Assembly: GCA_963755715.1 (NCBI GenBank)
Contig: CAVWLW010000068.1
Span: forward strand, 32,001 to 96,000
Direction of reading: 5' to 3'
Source of the DNA: an uncultured delta proteobacterium
GTDB lineage: Bacteria; Desulfobacterota; Binatia; UBA9968
Length of the DNA stretch: 64,000 nucleotides
Shown here: positions 53,160 to 62,236 of the stretch, piece after piece
Layout of the letters: every line of letters starts with the position of its first letter
Numbering within the stretch: position 1 is the stretch's first letter
Position numbers and translations under genes: made by a program
Notes under the pieces: model-generated
Told to the model about the DNA's origin: nothing
Database searches by the model: none
Seen by the model: the letters and a program-made list of their open reading frames with translations, nothing else

Positions 53160-53174
53160 CAAAATTTGTCACTT
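53156..53174. promoter_or_regulatory. Candidate upstream activator sequence for the pilA promoter
   Basis: Dyad GTAACAAA-A-TTTGTCAC (one mismatch), about 185-200 bp upstream of the -24 element. Confidence 0.55.
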
Positions 53175-53354
53175 GGCTCGCTGGCAAAATTCCGTAATAC
53201 CAAAGTTTAAATTTTGCGTGGTGTTTGCCAGGCGCCACAAGATCGAGCTGATATAGGGAGCAACTTGCTAAAAGATAAAGGCTTTGGTCATGGCTAGGAG
53301 ATTTATCGATGTGCCGATTGTGGCCGTTATATGACAGGAGTAGGCGAATTTATT

Positions 53355-53371
53355 CTGGCCCTGCTTTTGCT
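53355..53371 (+). promoter_or_regulatory. Sigma-54 (-24/-12) promoter of pilA
   Basis: CTGGCCCTGCTTTTGCT: GG (53357-58), N10, GC (53369-70); located between a bEBP gene and pilA. Confidence 0.82.
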
Positions 53372-53544
53372 CGCTAGGCGTTGCAACGTTTCAGTCGAAA
53401 ATACGACATCGACACCCAAAGGAGGTGACGCATCATAAGCATGCAGATCAGAAGAGCATTGGACATCGAACGCAGGTAGTTAGTTTAGAAGAAGTCACTA
53501 ATAGAGATTACAAACAACCTAATAATAGAAGGGAGTATTGGTAG

Positions 53545-53943
53545 ATGAATAGACTAAGATTACAGAACGAATCGGGGTTCACCCTGATTGAGTTGTTGGT
53601 TGTCGTTGCCATCATTGGTATCTTGGCGGCCATCGCGATTCCTCAGTTTGCGGCATATAGAAAGCGTGGTCATGAGGCGCAGGTCAAGTCTGACTTGAGA
53701 AATGCAGCGGTGGCCGAGGAAGCGTATTTTGCAGCTCAATCTGCGTACAAATCATCTTCTTCTGCATGGACCGGTGGTGCATCGCCGACCGTCCCGGGTT
53801 TCAACGCCACCACTGGAGTAGCTGTATTTTCGGTGGCTGGAACCAACACGTTTTTGCTGACAGCGACGCACGCGAACTGCGGTACCAATGTCTGGACTTT
53901 CAGTAGCGGTAACGGCACGATTAGTGGTAGCGCTTGTCCATAA
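53545..53943 (+). CDS. pilA: Type IVa major pilin
   Basis: Class III leader MNRLRLQNESG|FTLIELLVVVAIIGILAAIAIPQF, with E5 and P22; C-terminal Cys pair; own terminator. Confidence 0.93.
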   Translation: MNRLRLQNESGFTLIELLVVVAIIGILAAIAIPQFAAYRKRGHEAQVKSDLRNAAVAEEAYFAAQSAYKSSSSAWTGGASPTVPGFNATTGVAVFSVAGTNTFLLTATHANCGTNVWTFSSGNGTISGSACP

Positions 53944-53980
53944 GCGGCAAATACATCGGGTAACCCGATTATCGGGATTC

Positions 53981-54013
53981 AAAAAAGGGGGCCACGCTAG
54001 GCCCCTTTTTTTT
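53981..54013 (+). terminator. Intrinsic terminator after pilA
   Basis: aaaaaagggggcc-acgcta-ggcccc followed by T8. Confidence 0.88.
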
Positions 54014-54071
54014 CAGCTTTAAAAAATCATACGACGAGGTCAATTCCCACCAATTTTATAGGTCACAAGAC

Positions 54072-56717
54072 GTGCTCGAGAGTCGTAAATCCGTTAGAGA
54101 AGAATTTCTTGCCATCGCAGCCCTATCGGCAATGGTGATCTGGTTTTGCGACGAGATGATTTTCTCGCAAAAAATCCCATTCTTTCGCGACCTGGTCACA
54201 TATTTTTATCCGATTAAATTCAGCGTTGCGGAAGCCTTCAAAGCTGGCTCACTACCTATGTGGGACCAGCATATGGCAACGGGTTTTCCAATCATGGCCG
54301 AGTTTCAATCAGCGGTGTTTTATCCGCCCAGCATCGCCTTTTATCTCCTACCGTTTTTTACGGCCGTACGGTTTATCTTCGTTTTTCATTACGCCATTGC
54401 CGCGATCGGTTCCTACATTCTGTTCCGATCATGGAAATCACCAGTATATGTTGCTCTTATTGGAGCCGTCCTGTTTGCCTTTGGCGGCACGATGGTTTCG
54501 CTGACAAATTTATTAAATCATTTTCAAAGCGCGGTTTGGTTACCCTGGATTATCTATTTCTGGGAAAGCGCGGTTAGAGACAAGCGAGCAAGAAATGTTG
54601 CCATTTTCACGATTATTGCGCTTTGCCAATTACTCGCGGGATCGCCCGAGATATTCTTGCTTTCCATTGGATTGGCACTGCTTGATGCCATTCGGCTCCA
54701 TCGCGAAGATCAAAGCCACGGCTTGTTTCGGGCAACGATTGTACTATTGGGGTCGGGATTCGTGATTATGGGGCTCGGCATGGTTCAACTGTTGCCGACC
54801 GCTGAGCTTGTAATGCAATCCCGTCGCGACCAACCGATCCCGGTCGCCGAAGCGCTCGCGTGGTCTTTACAGCCGTCAAGCTTGATCGGGCTTTTGTTAC
54901 CCACCCTCGAAGCTGACTCGTCCCTATCGGTCGGTGTTCGGTTGTTACTTACGGACGGAGTGCCTTTTCTCCTTAGCCACTATATCGGCGTCATCGGAAT
55001 TTTGGGCTTGTGTTGTTGGTTCAAGGCTGCACGAACAAAAGAGCGCGTTATCATAACGGGACTAATCGGGCTCTCGTTGGTACTGGCGTTCGGAAGCTAT
55101 ACACCGATCTACGCGTCTCTCTACGACGCGATACCTGTACTACGTGTCATGCGTTTTCCCGAAAAATATTTCTATTTAACCTTTGCAATCTTGGTATTCA
55201 CGATCGTTCGCGGATTATCTCAGACGACGGACGCGAAAAATTCTCGGATGTGCTGGGTCTTTGCGTCCTCAATGCTTGTCCTATGGCTCGTTGTTTATGT
55301 AATTTTTCGATCACAACCAGAGTTACTCGCAAAATTTCTTTATTCTCTGAACACTCACCGACGTGCGGGCGAAGTCACCCCTGCGACAGTAGCGGCCATC
55401 CTGGTGGTCCTAGAAAAACAAATTGCCGTCTCTTTGGTTTTGTCATTGCTATTTTGCCTAAACCGTTACGGAATTTTGCGCGTAACATTGTTTCAACCTT
55501 TGCTCGTTTTATCGGTGTTTCTCGATCTGAGCTCTGCTAATAAACCGCTGCATTTTCTGCGGGACGAAAAGCTTGTCCAAAACGTAGCGCGAGTTATGGA
55601 AAAACCGCCCGTCGATCACGGCCGCTTTTTCTATTACCCACCGTCAAATAATCTACACCCTAGTTTCATGAGAGTAAGCGGCAATCTGACTTACGATAAG
55701 GCAACAGAGATTGCGCTAAATAATTTACTGCCCAATGCCGGCATGTTGTACGGTTTTGAATATTTTCAAGATATAGACGCGCTTGGCCGCCGCAGCTACA
55801 CCGATTTTCTGAATTTCATCAATTCTCTGCCAACCGACCGACGGGGCAAACTGCTGCGCGCCGTAAACGTGAAACATGTCGTGGCGTTTCATTCATTGGA
55901 AGTGAAAGGTCTGGAGCTTGTCGGAGAATTTCCCGAACATTACTCCAAGCTATACGAGGTCACCGATGCGGTGCCGCGAGCTTATGTTGCGGCGCGCGCG
56001 ATCTATGATCTGGACCCGAAGAGCACTTTGGAGCGGATGTCCAGCGACAGCTTCGATCCGCTGCGAGACGTGGTACTCGACGTGCCGATTCATTTGGAGA
56101 CGAAAGGTATTTTTCATGGTGAAGCGGCGATCAAACTTTACGAAAACAATCGCGTGCAGATTAACGCCCAGCTTAGCGAACCCGGTGTCCTCGTGTTAAC
56201 CGATGCATTTCATCCGGGATGGAAGGTTTTTGTCGATGGTAAAGAACAAACAATTCGACGCGCCAACTATCTGTTTCGCGCCGTAGAATTGCCAGCCGGG
56301 AATCACCGAGTGGAGTTCGTCTACGATCCCATTTCATTCAAACTCGGCTTGGTTATCTCATCGCTGACTGCGGCTTTATTCATCACAATACCCCTGGTTG
56401 GTTGGCTTCGCCGGCGGGCCGCTTTTACACAATCTCGCAGTGCATTTTCGCCATCGCCAGTGTCGCTCAATTGCGGATCGTTCGGGCTAGCTATGGCTCG
56501 GCTGTTTAGGAACTATTTTCTAATGTGGTCAGGCTTAGCCGCCGCTTTGAACTCAAAAACGGAAACCAAAGGGACACCCGCAAGATCGATCGCTAGAAAT
56601 GGCTTAGTTGGCGAGCTGATTAGACGCCTTTCCCTTGGTGCCAAGCACACTTCGGCGATGGAGTATAATGTAATAATTAAAGCTTTGGCCGTCGGTGAGT
56701 TTGATATCGGGCCGTAA
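54072..56717 (+). CDS. YfhO-family multi-TM protein (putative GT-C glycosyltransferase); true stop probably ~56490
   Basis: FFRD...YFYP, LPMWD....GFP.....QSAVFYPP and QLLPT.EL; C-terminal LVLTDAFHPGWKVFVDG...RANYLFRAV..PAG.H.VEFVY. The tail overlaps the convergent gene, suggesting a late frameshift. Confidence 0.8.
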   Translation: MLESRKSVREEFLAIAALSAMVIWFCDEMIFSQKIPFFRDLVTYFYPIKFSVAEAFKAGSLPMWDQHMATGFPIMAEFQSAVFYPPSIAFYLLPFFTAVRFIFVFHYAIAAIGSYILFRSWKSPVYVALIGAVLFAFGGTMVSLTNLLNHFQSAVWLPWIIYFWESAVRDKRARNVAIFTIIALCQLLAGSPEIFLLSIGLALLDAIRLHREDQSHGLFRATIVLLGSGFVIMGLGMVQLLPTAELVMQSRRDQPIPVAEALAWSLQPSSLIGLLLPTLEADSSLSVGVRLLLTDGVPFLLSHYIGVIGILGLCCWFKAARTKERVIITGLIGLSLVLAFGSYTPIYASLYDAIPVLRVMRFPEKYFYLTFAILVFTIVRGLSQTTDAKNSRMCWVFASSMLVLWLVVYVIFRSQPELLAKFLYSLNTHRRAGEVTPATVAAILVVLEKQIAVSLVLSLLFCLNRYGILRVTLFQPLLVLSVFLDLSSANKPLHFLRDEKLVQNVARVMEKPPVDHGRFFYYPPSNNLHPSFMRVSGNLTYDKATEIALNNLLPNAGMLYGFEYFQDIDALGRRSYTDFLNFINSLPTDRRGKLLRAVNVKHVVAFHSLEVKGLELVGEFPEHYSKLYEVTDAVPRAYVAARAIYDLDPKSTLERMSSDSFDPLRDVVLDVPIHLETKGIFHGEAAIKLYENNRVQINAQLSEPGVLVLTDAFHPGWKVFVDGKEQTIRRANYLFRAVELPAGNHRVEFVYDPISFKLGLVISSLTAALFITIPLVGWLRRRAAFTQSRSAFSPSPVSLNCGSFGLAMARLFRNYFLMWSGLAAALNSKTETKGTPARSIARNGLVGELIRRLSLGAKHTSAMEYNVIIKALAVGEFDIGP

Positions 56718-58162
56718 ACGTCCTTCTTTTTGATAAATGCTGAACATGAAATTGGCTACCGATGCATTCACGCTTGCGTTCATTGGTAGTTTGTCATTGA
56801 GCGCGCGCAAGAAGTTGGGCGTGATGGCTTCCATAAAGTAAGTCGTCTCCAGTCCACGCTCATACGCACCACGGATACCGCCAACAAACCGGTTATAAAA
56901 ACTAAGTTGAAACGGGTGACACAGGTAGACATCCAACACAGGACTGAAGCAAGCCAGTAGAACGAAGATACCGGCAACTTTTGTCTTCAGTCTGGTAATT
57001 TGCATCGGCACATGCCGGTTTCGGAAAAAACTCATCGACCAAGCTGAGCATAGTGTGAAAACCCACTCCTGCCAAAGCTGCAATGAAAGGTAGCACTGAG
57101 AGCATCTGCCGGACGCCATCGTGAAGGACGGCACCGGGCATAAGGCCCAAACCCAGGATGAAAGTTGCATGGAAAAAAAATAGGAGGGCGACGGACCAAT
57201 GCTCTTTTCTCAAAGTAATTGAGAGGGTGCCTAACAAGGCCAGCGCGATGAACGGTTCGGGTGTGGTGACGCCGATCATGAAAAACGAGTAGTACCAAGG
57301 CAGCTGATGCGTAAAATAAAGTTGGTTGAAAAAATAGATCATGAAGTTTGCGTCTGGCCGATACGCACGGCTGATACCTTCATACAAAAACTCCAAAATT
57401 CGCAAACCGGTTTGATGCCAAAGGTAGGGTTGCGTGCCGATCATGACAATCGGTGCAATAAAGAGCAGCGCAAAGACATTGTTCACATACTTGTCCCGGT
57501 GAAACAGATGCGCCCACAGAATCAGAGGAACCGGAATGAGCACCGCAGGAAATTTGGTGGCGAGCGCCAAGCCCCATAGGACACCGAGCACGACACTCCA
57601 CTTCCAGTTGCTGAGACCTTTCCAAAAGGCAAAGACTGTCAGGAACCACATTGAAGCCAGCGGTAGATCGGTGACCGCGAAATGCGCGTAGCCAAACAGG
57701 TTGGGCGTCAGGATGACGCTCAAGGCCGAAAACAAACCTGTAGCCCTGCCGAAAAGCTCCTTCATCCAAAGAAACATCACCGTAACGAGCAGGGCGAAAA
57801 AAAGCGCCGGCCCGATGCGATACGCTGAAAACTTGTCTACAGATTGTGGCGAGATATCCTTAGCAAATCCCGAAATAATCCGCGAAAACGGCGGATGGGG
57901 TACGTTGTACGGATTCCAATGCCAAGCGGCCTGGATGGTTTGATCGTCGAGGCTCTTTCGATAACTCGCCGTAGGTCAGGTTATCCACGAAACCGCGGAT
58001 CCACCGCACATGGAGATCGGATGCGTGAAAATAGGGGGGCTCGTCCCACGTTACTCCATAATCTTTTGCTGTCGCACCAATGAGCAGCAGAGTTCCGAAG
58101 AACAAAACAAACGGTATCAGCCAACGTGTTGTTCGAGATTCGAGGGATATCGTTTCATTCAT
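56513..58162 (-). CDS. GT-C (PMT/ArnT-like) membrane glycosyltransferase, three +1 frameshifts (~57957, ~57027, ~56640)
   Basis: DYGVTWDEP.Y, HPPF, HFAVTDLP, GLALATKF, LPWYY and LHDGVR are split over four frame segments. Confidence 0.78.
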
Positions 58163-58275
58163 GGGAAGAGATTCTAAGTTTTTAGTAGGTTGGATTACTT
58201 CACGGTGCTGTTTTTTAGCGCCGTACCAAAACCGCCTCGCGAGCATCTCGTCGAAAAAACCGTACCAACTTTTCA

Positions 58276-58993
58276 TTATCGCTTACGCCAAACGGCTAGA
58301 ACTGACTTGCCGATCGTGCCGCGAAACAATCGATCGACAATACGCGATGCCGGCACACAGATCGTATCCCATATTCTAATTTGCGGTTCGGTTGGCATGG
58401 ATTGGCGAAGTCCAAGAACATTGCCGAGGGATAGAAACACTCCCGAGTGAGTCAAGATAAGCAAGCTTCACTTCGAGCCATCCGGCGGGCATCATCGATC
58501 TGAGATGAGCTTTGTTGTAACGACGAAAGTGACCGATGCTTTTGTCAAATTCACTGAAGAGCCAATGATGAGCTGGAGACAGGATGACGACATGACCGCC
58601 GCTACGAACGAGCCGTGCGGCGGCATCGATCTGCGCGCGATCATCTTGGATATGTTCCAGGACATCGATATACAATATGCAATCGAAAGATGGACGATCA
58701 GAAAATGTTCGAAGGGATCCGACAATCACATTCGTTGCCGACCGGCCCCCGCACGAAGTGAGTCGAGCCTTTAGACGCAGTGCTAAGCGCTCGTCCGGTT
58801 CGAGGCATACCCAGCGACGCGCCGTACCATCGTGAAGCACTACGGTGGTGGCGCCGATGCCCGCACCCACTTCCAACACATCGCCGGTAACGTAACGGGA
58901 AATTTCGCGCTTAATGTAGCCTTTCCAATTCTTGGCTAAAGCAAACAGATCGAGTTCGCCGCCAATATACGAGATTTCATGCGTGTCAGCCAT
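58276..58993 (-). CDS. Class I SAM-dependent methyltransferase (+1 frameshift near 58443)
   Basis: VLEVGAGIG, FDCILYIDVLEHI and D..IGHFRRY. Confidence 0.85.
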
Positions 58994-59966
58994 AAATCCG
59001 GTGGCGAGCACCTATAACGTGAACATAATCGTGGGTCGGGAGCACGTTGGTGGCATTGCGTGCGGCGAGGATCACAAAGACAAAAACCAGAATCACCAAA
59101 AGCATCTGGGTCAGCATCACAAGCAAAAGGCCTGTGACATACGTAGCCCATCCGGGGATAGCGAGATCGGTTACCAAGCGGACGGTGATGACACTCGCTA
59201 GCGCGGTCACCGTCACACCCATTCCAACGGACACTACAATGAGAAGTCGGACACCAATGCGGTCGCCAAAAACCGCCATAGCGCTCAACCCATGTACTAC
59301 CAGGGAGACCATATCCATGCGTGTTGGCCCCTCTAATCTCGTGCCGCGCTCCGACGGGATGAACTCCATAGGAAGTTTCGCCTTATGCACAGCGGCAGCG
59401 TAATGGTTCCACAACTCGGATACGGCCACCAATCGTTTCAGAACGTCGGGGGGGACGATACTGAAATTGCCGACACGAACTCGAACCCCCGTCAATAGAA
59501 AGTGGATAATGCGGTACAGGTGGTAAAAGAACGTGAATAGCCAACCCTCAGATCGCTTGGTCCGAGCGGCGAACACAATTTTTTCTCCTCGATTGGCAAC
59601 ACACTTGCGCACAAGCCGGGAAACGTCTTTGGGGTCATCCTCGCCATCCGAGTCCATGACAACAACCAAACACTGTGGTTGATTTGCTTCGATGTACGAA
59701 AGGCCGACCGCAATCGCTCGTTGATGGCCTAGATTGCGTCGAAGTGAGAGAACTTCAATAATCTCAATGGATTCGAATCGTGCTGGCGCCAAATTTTCCG
59801 GCACTGCCTCCGTCGATCCGTCATCGACGAGGATAATACTAGCTGTAAGCCCATTCTCTTTGAGCTCACGATCTAAGATGGGTAGAAGCAGCGAAAGCGC
59901 CCGCCAATCGTTATACACCGGCATCAAGATGATCAAATTGTCGTCGTGCGTCTCTGAAGGGCTCAT
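58986..59966 (-). CDS. GT2 glycosyltransferase (polyprenol-phosphate sugar synthase, GtrB/DPM-like)
   Basis: LMPVYND, LVDDGS, RNLGHQRA and MDSDGED; two C-terminal TM helices. Confidence 0.9.
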   Translation of the reverse strand: MSPSETHDDNLIILMPVYNDWRALSLLLPILDRELKENGLTASIILVDDGSTEAVPENLAPARFESIEIIEVLSLRRNLGHQRAIAVGLSYIEANQPQCLVVVMDSDGEDDPKDVSRLVRKCVANRGEKIVFAARTKRSEGWLFTFFYHLYRIIHFLLTGVRVRVGNFSIVPPDVLKRLVAVSELWNHYAAAVHKAKLPMEFIPSERGTRLEGPTRMDMVSLVVHGLSAMAVFGDRIGVRLLIVVSVGMGVTVTALASVITVRLVTDLAIPGWATYVTGLLLVMLTQMLLVILVFVFVILAARNATNVLPTHDYVHVIGARHRIYG

Positions 59967-60405
59967 GACTATGGCGAGGTGCAAATAAGCGTTGAGAAAA
60001 CAGGATTATTTTAGCAGGTCGCGAAAGAATCGTCACTCAGCTTTTTGACCCGGCTCACGGTGAAACGAGGTCGCTGTGAATTTACCAGTCAGTTTCCGTT
60101 CAGGCGGAGACCTATGCAAGCGTGAAATGTCATTTGTGGTGATCTGTTATCATGCCGACAGTTCTCGAACCGCAGGTATGAATTGGTTGACCTTGATGAT
60201 CGACGCACGACTTGCCATTTTTGCCAAAAACTACCACAAATCCCTTTTGTCAGAGAAAGGCTTATTCGAGTCAGCGCTCAACCCACGGAAATTACGGCGA
60301 CGAGGGGACTTTCATCATTCCTACGTGGAGACGTAAACTTTTCTTGTCGGCTCAAGATAGACGTTGTATCATCCTTTGAGACAATAATCGTCAAGGAAAA
60401 ACTTT

Positions 60406-60825
60406 ATGTGCAAGAGACCCATGCTTTATATAATTGGCCTCACCGCGTTACTTATTCCGACGGTTGTTTTTGCTCAAGCCTTTGGAGAGTATGGCAGAGC
60501 AGTCGGGAGTATTCCGCATGGACAAGGGATCACCGGCGGGAAAACTCCAGGCGGCGTGAGCCAGGGAAATGTCTCTGGCGGTGGCGTGGGCGAGGTCGGT
60601 GGGCGCGGGTTGCCGGTCCGATTGGTTGTTGTATCGCAGAATACAGGACTTTATCCACGGCAGGATGGTGAAGCAGAAAAAATCGCTCAATTGACCCAAG
60701 GCGAATTTCTGGTTCCGATGGTTCAGGCGGCCGGCGGCAGCGACTGGTTTATGGTCAAGACTCAAAAAGGTCTAGTCGGCTGGGTCATGGGCGCGGACGT
60801 TCGCGACGAAAAAGCAAAAAAATAG
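60406..60825 (+). CDS. Secreted protein with C-terminal SH3b-like domain
   Basis: Signal peptide ending VFA; Gly-rich linker; DWFMVKTQKGLVGWV motif. Confidence 0.7.
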   Translation: MCKRPMLYIIGLTALLIPTVVFAQAFGEYGRAVGSIPHGQGITGGKTPGGVSQGNVSGGGVGEVGGRGLPVRLVVVSQNTGLYPRQDGEAEKIAQLTQGEFLVPMVQAAGGSDWFMVKTQKGLVGWVMGADVRDEKAKK

Positions 60826-61152
60826 TTTTCGATTGCTACAAGGCACAATTTTTTCACACTTGGCTGCGTAAAAACGAAATCCGATCGATACCGTCATTTC
60901 GAACCGCTGGTCATTTTACCATGAGGCTGGCTCGGCGTAGCCGGTGCACTCGCCCCGCAAGCGCATTCAATAATCAGATACCAGGCAAACTTGTCGCCGC
61001 TAATATTTGAGTGAAGAAGCAGGCTGATTCGCCTCCTTCATTCGCTCTGTCTGCACTTCCAATTGTCCGCAAAAGTCAGCCAAAGGTTCTAGTTCCTGCC
61101 ACAGGTTGCGTCTTTCCCAGCCTGGCATCGAAGATGCTCAAGGGGATCTCCC

Positions 61153-61308
61153 ATGACGCTTCGAATAAAAAGCAAGAAGATACTCATTCCTGATGTTCCG
61201 CCGCCATTGGCACGGACCACCAAACAGGGTTTAGTCATAGCCGGCATCGGAGCTTTCTGTGCCTCGGTAGTTGTCGCGGCTGCTCTGTTTGTTTTTTTCG
61301 GCGCGTAA
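61153..61308 (+). CDS. Small membrane protein (51 aa, below the ORF-track cutoff)
   Basis: SD-like AAGGGGA; MTLRIKSKKILIPDVPPPLARTTKQGLVIAGIGAFCASVVVAAALFVFFGA, with a single C-terminal TM helix. Confidence 0.55.
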   Translation: MTLRIKSKKILIPDVPPPLARTTKQGLVIAGIGAFCASVVVAAALFVFFGA

Positions 61309-61564
61309 GCTTCAATCAGGGTTCAGCCTCTGGGGTTTTGATCGCGTTAACATGAAACGGATCTTTAGAATATTTTCACTCGCAGTCGTGTTGCTCTTGG
61401 TTGCATGAGAAATGATTGTGACTTTCGAGCGCCGATGACGCTTCTGCTTTCTCTCATTCGCCACCAACGATCTCTTTCCTGGGCAACTAAATCTGCGGGG
61501 TGACACACGCGGAAGCGGGTTTATTCGACCGGCAGCGGGGCGGACTGCGACAGATTACGATTGA

Positions 61565-62005
61565 CTAAGCGACTTTTAGGCGCTTGAGCACCGAGTCGTT
61601 GCCGATTACATGAAACTCCATATAGTCGATCAAGCGTCGCGCCACGAAAAAATATCGTTGCAATTTTTCCGCGGAGGACTCTTCGGAGGGCACATCAGGA
61701 GGCGCCTTGGCAAGCGCGACATCCGTCGATCGATAGGACTCGATTTCTTGAACTAGACCCCGTAAGGCCGGCGGCAATACGTCCCACACGCCGGTTGATT
61801 GGCAGATCGAAACCAGTTGGCTATGATCATGCTGTTGAGGCAAGCTGCCGTGGCTTTCGATCAGCGCCGCTTTAATGGCCTTTTCCACAGCTTCCGCTAA
61901 CTGATTGAAGTCCGCCGCCTCAGCGCTCTCACCGGCCGTCTCGTGATGAAGAGATCGAATCCTGTCCCGCGCCTCACGCAACCACGGCTCCGCGTAGAAA
62001 CCCAT
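61565..62005 (-). CDS. HEPN-domain protein
   Basis: W...A, then AVEKAIKAAL...HD; all-helical; SD AGGAGG. Confidence 0.65.
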   Translation of the reverse strand: MGFYAEPWLREARDRIRSLHHETAGESAEAADFNQLAEAVEKAIKAALIESHGSLPQQHDHSQLVSICQSTGVWDVLPPALRGLVQEIESYRSTDVALAKAPPDVPSEESSAEKLQRYFFVARRLIDYMEFHVIGNDSVLKRLKVA

Positions 62006-62181
62006 CGTGCCTCCTAACCCGAATTACTTCCATCAGCAGTATGATAAAGTCACGGTCGGTTTTTCGCAAGTAAAGCTTTTTACCGCAGAGGAGACGGGAT
62101 CACCGCAAACGGCCAAAGAGTTTGTTTAGCTGCCCATGTCCCTTGTTGCGGTGAGCGCCAAGTTGTCGGCAGTATAAATCT

Positions 62182-62216
62182 AAAAAAAAGCCCCCGGAGA
62201 GTTCCGGGGGCTTTTT
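62182..62216 (-). terminator. Intrinsic terminator
   Basis: A8-gcccccgga-gagt-tccgggggc-T5. Confidence 0.88.
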
Positions 62217-62236
62217 GCGAATCAAGTCGGCTGGTT

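Noticed and set aside
56490-56717. Genuine 200-bp antisense overlap between the YfhO-like gene and the convergent GT-C gene
   Set aside because: Removing one base from the YfhO tail gives a stop at 56488-56490, 22 bp before the repaired end of the opposite gene; an artefact is more likely.
59985-60400. ORFs 60076-60336 and 60183-60671, or an ncRNA in this gap
   Set aside because: No SD, family motif or clear stable structure; treated as a divergent promoter region.
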